Below the pieces are notes generated by a model, which saw only the letters and a program-made list of their open reading frames with translations, did not search any database and was not told the DNA's origin. Positions 1 to 7,121 of a stretch of DNA of 7,121 nucleotides are shown piece by piece. The DNA is taken from assembly GCF_006345805.1 (NCBI RefSeq), contig NW_021828981.1:1-7121 (forward strand), given 5' to 3'. The DNA is from Octopus sinensis (taxonomy: Eukaryota). Each line of letters starts with the position of its first letter. Within the stretch, counting starts at the first letter, position 1. Both the position numbers and the translations under genes were made by a program.

Positions 1-55
1 AATAACAATAAATAATAATAATAATAATAATATAATATAATAATAATAATAATAA

Positions 56-86
<31 letters not shown>

Positions 87-126
87 AAGAAGAAGAAGGA
101 TGATGATGATGATGATGATGATGATT
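1..126. repeat. Compound trinucleotide microsatellite (AAT)n-(AAG)n-(GAT)n, probably the 3' tail of the adjacent minus-strand LINE
   Basis: Read directly: AAT units to ~57, AGA/AAG units to ~99, GAT units to ~125. It abuts the minus-strand AATAAA at 130-135. Confidence 0.95.
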
Positions 127-1080
127 TCTTTTATTTGCCACATGGGCAAGGGATGAGGGGGACAATACAAAGACAGACATGAAGTGTTGGTGTTTACATA
201 TAATGAATTGATAGAAAGAAATGAAAGAAAGTATACACGGTATACACTGAAGAAGAAGGGACACATGCGTAGCATACAAAGGCTGAAAAAAAGGTGGGAG
301 GATGATAGAGATGTGGCCTTCCTGATACAGGAAGCCCTCTAAGGATTATCGAGGAACCCCACTGTCCTAAATTTCCCTGAAACCCCAAGAGCAAGTGCTC
401 TCTCCAATTCTTTCTCTCCGTCTCACAGGTCTCCACATAGAGAGGTACCAACCACTCCTGCCATTTTCGCAGCTTCCACCCATTTTTCAATAAACACATT
501 CAAGGACAGCACTTGCCTCTCCACTCTCAATTAAATTTTTAGTGAAACTTGAAGAAGCCAATGAGAGCTCTACCAAAGAGGAGTGTATCTGTCCTCATGC
601 CTTTCAGCCTTGTCCACCAAACAACCTCTTTCTCCACAGTCACCAGGCAAAGGAAAACTGCCTTGTCTGCCCGATTGAAGGAGGGTGGCGGTGCCATCAT
701 TACTGCAGACTCGGCCGACATACGGATCTGTCCCACGCGTGACAGCAGCTGTTCGACATAACCCCACAAGTCAGCAATGCTCGGACACTGAATGAGGGTA
801 TGCAGACCGGTTTTGCCATTCCGCGTGCACCTCGGACAAGCACACGTCCGACAGCACATCCGTACCTGTAGAGTTTATCTTGAACTTGTAGTGCCCCACC
901 CCCTCTCCAGTATCACTGTCAGGTCAAGGACATCTGGAAATTATCCATGATAGTTCCCGACCGGAAAGCCCTCCAGAACACACTAGCCAGTTCGTTCTCG
1001 TCGGCATCCAGAGTCTCCCCGAGAACGTCGTCGCACTTCCCCGCCACTAATCCTCTATAAATTTCTAAAGCGGAACACTC
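100..1080 (-). mobile_element. 5'-truncated L1/Tx1-clade non-LTR retrotransposon (ORF2 C-terminus, ~300 nt 3' UTR, simple-repeat tail)
   Basis: The minus-strand translation gives a zf-RVT-like C-terminus. It is followed by a 3' UTR (422-127), AATAAA (plus-strand TTTATT at 130-135) and an (ATC)n tail. No RT or endonuclease domain is in the window. Confidence 0.8.
423..1080 (-). pseudogene. Disrupted ORF2 C-terminus with a CCHC zinc-binding (zf-RVT-like) region
   Basis: My translation from 1080: ECSALEIYRGLVAGKCDDVLGETLDADENELASVFWRAFRSGTIMDNFQMSLT*Q*YWRGGGALQVQDKLYRYGCAVGR. A frameshift near 842 leads to ACPRCTRNGKTGLHTLIQCPSIADLWGYVEQLL...KEVVWWTR...FFKFH*. A second shift near 535 leads to LRVERQVLSLNVFIEKWVEAAKMAGVVGTSLCGDL* (stop 423-425). 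The pattern L.V.DKL...CxxC...H...C...W is typical of L1/Tx1 ORF2. In-frame stops occur at 919-921 and 913-915. Confidence 0.8.
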
Positions 1081-1225
1081 ATCATCATTATCAACATCGT
1101 TGTGATCGTGATCGTGTCTTTCGTTGTGATGACAACGATATTGATAATGAGGATGGTGATAATGACGTTGATGATGACTAGAACAAATGATGGCGATGGT
1201 AGTGGTGATATTGGTGACGTTGATC
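1079..1225. repeat. Degenerate (ATC)n/(GAT)n low-complexity tract containing a fold-back
   Basis: ATC-type units at 1079-1100 flip to GAT-type units at 1126-1225. Arms 1085-1103 and 1132-1150 are reverse complements at 18/19 positions. Confidence 0.8.
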
Positions 1226-1329
1226 TCGGTAGAGATTTACCCCCGAATACAAGGGAAAGTAATTAAGACCTAATGTATTGTGTTTCTGCCAGAGAAAATA
1301 TTCTGCTTAACAGGCATAAAACTAATTTT

Positions 1330-1684
<355 letters not shown>

Positions 1685-2037
1685 AGAATTTTCTTCTGGT
1701 CGAGTAACCCATCACGTTCAAAAGGTCCCTGAATAAGGGTTGTTTAATGATGTTGAACGAACCAGAGGTGAATTATTCAAACCCCAAAGAATCACTCTCA
1801 AAACGTGGCTATGATGCTACCCAACAACTTCTGCTCGTGATGTGCAGAGATGCACATATCCTCAGCCACTAAGGGACATTCTCAACTGGTTATGGTCAAA
1901 CAACTGACAAGCAAATCTTTGGTAAATATTTGCTGTAGCCCATCTTTTATACCGGAGATAGCAATGTACATGATAACACTTCCAATCAGTTAAGATCAGA
2001 AGCCACGAGAACCGCTGTCTGGTACTGCATCAGGGCA

Positions 2038-2040
<3 letters not shown>
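1685..2040. mobile_element. ~355 bp non-coding interspersed-repeat fragment embedded in an (ATT)n tract; family and orientation unresolved
   Basis: Complex sequence with no ORF, bounded on both sides by ATT repeats. It resembles an abundant octopus repeat from recollection (unverified). Confidence 0.5.
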
Positions 2041-2342
<302 letters not shown>

Positions 2343-2344
2343 GT

Positions 2345-2468
2345 GGGCATATGGTGTAGTGGTTAAGAACACCTGATGAAGGCTGGAGGGTACATCAGCT
2401 GAAACGTTGTGATAACAAGCAAGATGAGGACAAATATCCATCAAATGTAAATAATGTAAATATTGTAT
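2345..2468 (+). mobile_element. Right arm of the fold-back element: tRNA-like 5' end fused directly to the hammerhead and tail
   Basis: GGGCATATGGTGTAGTGGTTAAGA (A-box TGGTGTAGTGG) mirrors 2321-2342. It runs straight into ACACCTGATGAAGG..., which is homologous to the reverse complement of 1369-1461. Confidence 0.7.
2368..2413 (+). ncRNA. Minimal type I hammerhead ribozyme motif with an intact catalytic core
   Basis: AACAC-CUGAUGA(2373-2379)-A-GGCUG-gaggguacau-CAGCU-GAAAC(2401-2405)-GUU-GUGAU. All conserved core residues are present, with an extra A between A9 and G10.1. Stem II has 5 bp including a G.U pair, and stem I has 3 contiguous bp. Predicted cleavage is after 2408. Confidence 0.8.
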
Positions 2469-2483
2469 AACAATAATTTACTC

Positions 2484-2568
2484 GATATTATATATATATG
2501 GGGCGAGAGAAAGAGTGATACATATACATATGTGTGTGTATGTGTGTGTGCGTGTGTGTATACACATC
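2484..2568. repeat. (TA)n/(TG)n microsatellite mix
   Basis: Read directly. Confidence 0.85.
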
Positions 2569-2569
2569 T

Positions 2570-2847
2570 GACACTCCGTCGGTTACGACGACGAGCGTTC
2601 CAGTAGATCCACGCAACGAACGAGCTCTCCACAGACAAGTGTACCACTAACATGGTTCACAAGGAGATTCAGCGTGACAGAGAATGGGACAAGGCCGGCC
2701 CTGTAAATTACAGGTACTATTTATAATTTGCCAGCTAAGTGGACTGGTGCAACGTGAAATCAAGTGTCTTGCTCAAGGTCTTAACGCGATGCCGGGATAA
2801 TAACTCACGACCTTACAATTGTGAACCGAATGCTATCACCACTAAAC
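2570..2847 (-). mobile_element. tRNA-derived SINE with a CORE-like central motif, decayed and internally deleted
   Basis: The reverse complement starts TTTAGTGGTGATAGCATTCGGTTCACAATTGTAAGGTCGTGAGTTATTATCCCGG (A-box and eroded B-box). It continues with CCTTGAGCAAGACACTT, resembling the CORE-SINE motif CCTTGGGCAAGTCACTT, and a distinct tail ending CGTCGTCGTAACCGACGGAGTGTCA. Confidence 0.75.
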
Positions 2848-3107
2848 AACACATCTTGACAGGTACATACATACATATGTACATGCTATTGAGTAGCAGC
2901 GCTAAGCAGTGGGGCAGAGATAGGTATAAATGCAAGATTATTACCTTGCATCTCACAGTCTGGGTAGGTGGCGTTGTGAGCTGATTTTAGTGTATTTACA
3001 CCATTTGTGTGCAGCGAGAAATTTTCTCCATGAAAAAACACAATGAATGGCTTTCTTACGTGCACCATCCCTATTTGAACTGGAATAGAATTGCAGAATT
3101 GTACTTA

Positions 3108-3159
3108 TATATATATATATATGTATGCATGTATGTATATGCATGCATGCATGTACATA

Positions 3160-3202
<43 letters not shown>

Positions 3203-3270
3203 GTATGTATATATGTATATGCATGCATGCATACATATATCTATGTAAGCATTATATATATGTATGTGTA
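3108..3270. repeat. (TA)n/(TATG)n/(ATGC)n/(CT)n compound microsatellite
   Basis: Read directly; mostly alternating purine-pyrimidine. Confidence 0.93.
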
Positions 3271-3796
3271 AATAAACCTTCATAAATGTGTATTTTCTCA
3301 TTATACAAAGAAAAACGCCAAAAGCAATCACCTCTAACATTATTTTTTGTGTAGCAGTTCTAGACGATACAAGATAGATATTAATGTCCAAAAATATATA
3401 TAAAAAAAAAGTACTATTAACAAACTCGCTTTCCACCTTCACTTTCCATTGCAAATAGAAAATAATGAAATAGCTGAAAGTGCTTCAAAACAATAAAATC
3501 TGCTCGAAAGATGTAAGGAAAAGTAATCTCCTTCTGAAGTATTGAACGGATATTCGGGGTATAAATACTTAGAGACAGAGCAGCTGTCTCAGCTTTGTGA
3601 TTGAAGATATAGGCAGTCTCATTAATAATACTGACACAGTCACTTAAATTTTACATTTACCATTTCTAAAGCAACATGAGAAACATCCACAAATATTGTA
3701 GATGTGTGAACCAATGAAGAATCTTCGACAGATATTCTTCTATATGCACAGGTATTGTTGTTTCGCAAAACGTTCTCTTCGCAAAAACGCATCTAT

Positions 3797-3798
3797 GT

Positions 3799-3829
<31 letters not shown>

Positions 3830-3860
3830 ATATATAATATATAAGATATATATATATATA
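3797..3860. repeat. (TA)n-rich tract providing the TA target site of the transposon
   Basis: TA repeats end exactly at TA|CAGGGTG. Confidence 0.9.
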
Positions 3861-4440
3861 CAGGGTGAGGTGAGTAAATTGTCGTCTAAATAACACAAAA
3901 ATGAAAACCACACAGACGATTAATTTTAACAGATATATTTACTAAAATTACATTAAAATATCTTGAAATACTAAAGAGTAAGCTTATTCAATAAAATCGC
4001 CATTGGCTTCAACCACAGCCTCCAAACGACTTCGGAATCTCCTGAAACTCCCTTGGACAGTCTCTTTGTTTAGGTTGGAGAATGCTGCCATAATTCTTGC
4101 CTTCAGTTCATTTTTGGTGTTACAAGGAGTTTTGCTGGTCTCTCTCACAACTGCACTTCACTCAATAATCAAGGGTGTTGCAGTCCGGGCGATTAGGTAC
4201 CCAGATGTTAGGGGTGGTGTAGTCGCAGAAATTGTCTGACAGTTATTACTGGGTTCTCCTGTTTGTGTGGAATGGTGCAGAGTCCTGTTGCAAGACATAG
4301 GTGCTACCCTGGGACTCTTAACCCAGGGTAGCACTATCTCCTGAAGGCACTTGATGTAGGCCTCCGTGTTGAGTCTAAGGCTGTGTAGGAAGATGAATGG
4401 AGGCACAACTTCGCCATCACTGGTGATCATTCCAAACACT
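3861..4440 (-). mobile_element. Tc1/mariner superfamily DD37D (maT-type) DNA transposon, 3' portion with one terminal inverted repeat
   Basis: The terminus TA|CAGGGTGAGGTGAGTAAATTG lies ~120 bp beyond the transposase stop. The minus strand carries the transposase remnant. No partner TIR (...CACCCTG|TA) is visible. Confidence 0.85.
3984..4440 (-). pseudogene. DD37D transposase catalytic-domain C-terminus, disrupted
   Basis: VFGMITSDGEVVPPFIFLHSLRLNTEAYIKCLQEIVLPWVK, then a frameshift near 4300-4315 to YVLQQDSAPFHTNRRTQ**LSDNFCDYTTPNIWVPNRPDCNTLDY*. A second shift leads to AVVRETSKTPCNTKNELKARIMAAFSNLNKETVQGSFRRFRSRLEAVVEANGDFIE* (stop 3984-3986). I count 37 positions between the QQD aspartate and the TLD aspartate. 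Confidence 0.88.
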
Positions 4441-4489
4441 ACTTTACCCGTACACCGTGTACAGGTACACGGTGTACCAATCGACATGT

Positions 4490-4611
4490 CGAAATAGTGG
4501 CAGAGAAACGCGAGATGAAACATTTTACTTAAGGACCATCACCCAGACCCAGAATCGAAACATCGATTTCGCGATCGTAAGTGTACTACCTTAAACACTA
4601 CACCATGCGCC
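4490..4611 (-). mobile_element. Degenerate tRNA-derived SINE head
   Basis: Reverse complement: GCGCATGGTGTAGTGTTTAAGGTAGTACACTTACGATCGCGAAATCGATGTTTCGATTCTGGG. It has an A-box TGGTGTAGTG and a B-box-like GTTTCGATTC, followed by an eroded CORE-like segment. Confidence 0.6.
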
Positions 4612-4707
4612 CTCGATTACATGTTACGTAAAACAATTAATCCCGACATATTTTCTCTCTCCGTTTTCTCTCTCACTCTTTCTCCACTTTGTTTTTTTCC
4701 TTTCATC

Positions 4708-4745
4708 CTTTTTTGTCGAAGAGCATAGGCTCGAAACGTCAAAGG
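4708..4745 (+). ncRNA. Degenerate minimal hammerhead-like motif (second family)
   Basis: CUUUU-UUGUCGA-A-GAGC-auag-GCUC-GAAAC-GUC-AAAGG. Stem II is a perfect 4 bp, GAAACGUC is canonical and stem I has 5 bp with one G.U pair. The CUGANGA box has two mismatches (UUGUCGA). Confidence 0.5.
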
Positions 4746-4837
4746 CTTTCCCATTTATCGTGATCGTCCAACTGATACACCAATATGCTGCTTCCTCGCC
4801 TGTCTCTGTCTTTTGTTTTCTATACATGTGAACCATA

Positions 4838-4891
4838 TTTTTTTTCTGTTTGTAGTTTCAGCTCAGAGCCGCGGCCATGCTGGAGCACCGT
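4838..4891 (-). mobile_element. Short retroposon 3'-terminal fragment with an A-rich tail
   Basis: Reverse complement: CGGTGCTCCAGCATGGCCGCGGCTCTGAGCTGAAACTACAAACAGAAAAAAAA. It is homologous to plus-strand 5504-5548. Confidence 0.55.
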
Positions 4892-4980
4892 ATATATATA
4901 TATATATATATATACTTTGATAGGTTTCGGCCATTATTGGCCCAGGCCATGTCTAACTTAATAGCACCACCTGGTGCTAT

Positions 4981-5042
4981 TATATATATATATCTATATA
5001 TATATATATACATATATATAATATATATAGATAGATAGATAT

Positions 5043-5086
<44 letters not shown>

Positions 5087-5087
5087 C

Positions 5088-5159
<72 letters not shown>

Positions 5160-5160
5160 T
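4981..5160. repeat. (TA)n followed by (GATA)n microsatellite
   Basis: Read directly; about 30 GATA units. Confidence 0.97.
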
Positions 5161-5343
5161 AAATAATAATGTAAATAATATAAAATGAGGAGTAGATAGA
5201 TAGCCGACAACTGATGAAGGGTCGTTCTTTGTGTTACTTGTCCTGTCTTCATTTTTTCCTCTCATTATTTGCATATTTCACTCGTTGTTTACATTAATTC
5301 ATGTTGTTTACAGTTGGTGTGAAGTCCTGTACCCATATATGCA

Positions 5344-5344
<1 letters not shown>

Positions 5345-5382
<38 letters not shown>

Positions 5383-5498
5383 TATATATTATTCTATATA
5401 CATATCTATTATTTATATTACATATATATATATAATATAGCTATATCTATATTTATCTATATATATATATATGTCTATATCCATATATATCTATATCT
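5345..5498. repeat. Degenerate (TA)n tract
   Basis: Read directly. Confidence 0.9.
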
Positions 5499-5500
5499 AA

Positions 5501-5548
5501 CGGCGGTGCATCTGCATGGCCGCAGCTTGAGCTGAATCTAGAGGAAAA
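5501..5548 (+). mobile_element. Short retroposon 3'-terminal fragment, same family as 4838-4891
   Basis: CGGTGCATCTGCATGGCCGCAGCTTGAGCTGAATCTAGAGGAAAA aligns with the reverse complement of 4848-4891. Confidence 0.55.
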
Positions 5549-5564
5549 TATATATATGTATATA

Positions 5565-5640
<76 letters not shown>

Positions 5641-5702
5641 TATATATATATACACACATATACATATACATAGATGCACACATATATATATATATCTATA
5701 TA

Positions 5703-5743
<41 letters not shown>

Positions 5744-5775
5744 CATGCATACACAAAAACACGCACACACATACA
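5549..5775. repeat. Long (TA)n tract with (CA)n/(TACA)n interruptions
   Basis: Read directly. Confidence 0.97.
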
Positions 5776-6312
5776 CAAGTATAGTATACGTAGTTAACTG
5801 GATTTTAAACTAAAACTAAAATAGTTACAATCTAACGGTCAGGATTCTAACATTGTTATATGATATAATTCGTTATGCCAAAGAAATTTCGCCAGAATGA
5901 AACGTGAGAATTCACCTCCTCACTCATTCCCTCCCTCCCTCCCCATTTGTTCCCATCTTTCTCTCTTTCTCTCTCTCTCTCTCATCACACATCGGCCTCA
6001 GTTATTTTTGCCAAATTTCTCAATTCAGATTCTCCTCTGAATATATTCTTTTTTTTATGCTTTGTTTTCTATTTGTTTTAGATTTTGTTGTTTAATAACT
6101 TTTATTGTTTTCGTTTAACCCCAAATCAGTACAGATCGAGTCGAAGCGCGGGATTAAAGGCATCTCAGCGCAGTAACCATCTTGACTCTTTAAAGGTATC
6201 CAGCTCTGCGTTCTCAAAAAGGTTGCAGAATATTCTGCTTTTCTAAAACGACAATTATGGCTTCAGGTTTAAGTTTGTTATAGTCTCAAGTTATTTCTTT
6301 TTATGCGCCCAC

Positions 6313-6385
6313 GTGTGTGTGTGTGTGTGTGTGTGTGTTAGTGTGTGTATTGGTGTGTGTCTGTATGCGCATTGTGTGTGTGTGC
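6313..6385. repeat. (GT)n microsatellite
   Basis: Read directly. Confidence 0.93.
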
Positions 6386-6429
6386 GCGGGAGATTGAGAA
6401 TCCCAAAACCATCACGTAGAATTGCCTTG

Positions 6430-6527
6430 GCAGCATTTGTAGAGCCTCTCTAGGCATTGAGTTCAAACCCCAGGGTCAAAATCATCTTTGACTTTTTAAT
6501 CTTCTGGGGTTGCAAAATAACGTACCA
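6430..6527 (+). mobile_element. Highly decayed SINE fragment
   Basis: B-box-like TGAGTTCAAACCCC (6457-6470) followed by CTTTGACTTTTTAATCTTCTGGGGTTGCAAAATAACGTACCA, which resembles an abundant octopus SINE body from recollection (unverified). Confidence 0.4.
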
Positions 6528-6818
6528 CCTTTCTCTTTCTCTGCCGCCATCCTTCTTCACGTCTCTCCTTCTTCGTCTTTCTCCTTCGCTTCTCTTTCTT
6601 CATCTCTCTCCTTCGTCTCTCTCGCTTCGCCTCTCCTTCTTTGCCTCTCCCTCTTCGTCTCTTCTCTTTCTTCCTCTCAACCCGTCTCTCTTCCTCTTCA
6701 CCTTTCTCTCCATTTTTCCACCTTTCTCAGTTTGTTCATCCATTTGTCGCCCTTCTTCCCTCTGTCTCCCTTCCTTTCTCCGTTGTCCTCACCTTCTTTC
6801 TCTCTCTCGCTCTATCTC

Positions 6819-6861
<43 letters not shown>

Positions 6862-6870
6862 TCTCTTTCT
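6528..6870. repeat. ~340 bp polypyrimidine (CT/CTT-rich) tract ending in perfect (CT)n
   Basis: Read directly. It explains the S/L/F-rich and RE-repeat ORFs. Confidence 0.93.
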
Positions 6871-7121
6871 GAATCTTTTACAATACGACATGACAAGGAG
6901 CGTGGAGAAGAATACGAAAACAGAGAAAACTTGCGAGAAAGACAAACAATTTCACTTCTTAAAAACAATAACATCTGTTATGTTCCTGGAAGTGTCCGGG
7001 AAGAGAAAGATGTAGAATTTAGCACGGAACGGAAATAAAGACCAAAATATACAATTGTGTTACTAGAACAGTGGGTTTTAAACACAAAGATCTTTGATTT
7101 CTTTTGTGTGTGATTGCTGAC

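Noticed and set aside
194-499. 101-aa minus-strand ORF
   Set aside because: It is out of frame with the ORF2 end and runs through the LINE 3' UTR.
542-761. Cys/His-rich plus-strand ORFs 542..742 and 549..761
   Set aside because: They are antisense shadows of the LINE ORF2 remnant and show no recognisable domain.
1980-2035. Faint resemblance to U2 snRNA segments (CTGGTACTGCA; ATCAGTTAAGATC)
   Set aside because: The matches are short, not collinear over any useful length, and there is no Sm site context.
2980-3105. Complex segment possibly from a DNA transposon or other repeat
   Set aside because: No TIR pair, ORF or in-window homologue supports a call.
3117-3240. 15-bp inverted repeat ATATATGTATGCATG / CATGCATACATATAT
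   Set aside because: This is expected by chance in self-complementary TA/ATGC microsatellite DNA.
4003-4239. 78-aa plus-strand ORF
   Set aside because: It is antisense to the transposase pseudogene.
5211-5220. CTGATGAAGG, identical to the start of the 2373 hammerhead core
   Set aside because: No downstream stem II or GAAAC and no upstream GAAA..UH, so no hammerhead topology can be built. The surrounding 5190-5345 may be another repeat, but I cannot assign it.
6457-7038. 193-aa ORF, and a possible exon after the polypyrimidine tract (first AG near 6897; ...RHDKERGEEYENREN...TERK*)
   Set aside because: It is mostly CT-repeat translation. The complex tail has no recognisable homology and there is no convincing splice or expression evidence from sequence alone.

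Overview
AT-rich, microsatellite-dense eukaryotic non-coding DNA with no intact protein-coding gene. The repeat style suggests an octopus/cephalopod genome (inference). The window is a mosaic of decayed mobile elements: the 3' end of an L1/Tx1-clade LINE (minus strand, ~100-1080), the C-terminal half of a Tc1/mariner DD37D (maT-type) transposon with one TIR (3861-4440), and several tRNA-derived SINE pieces. The most interesting structure is a large fold-back element at ~1330-2468. Two tRNA-like Pol III heads sit back-to-back around an axis at 2343/2344, and each arm points outward to a minimal hammerhead ribozyme of the Penelope-like-element type (1416-1461 minus, 2368-2413 plus). The left arm is interrupted by a ~355 bp insert inside an (ATT)n tract, and the right arm has an internal deletion. 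A third, sequence-unrelated degenerate hammerhead lies at 4708-4745. Several near-perfect hairpins sit at element junctions or lesions. Most listed ORFs are microsatellite artefacts.
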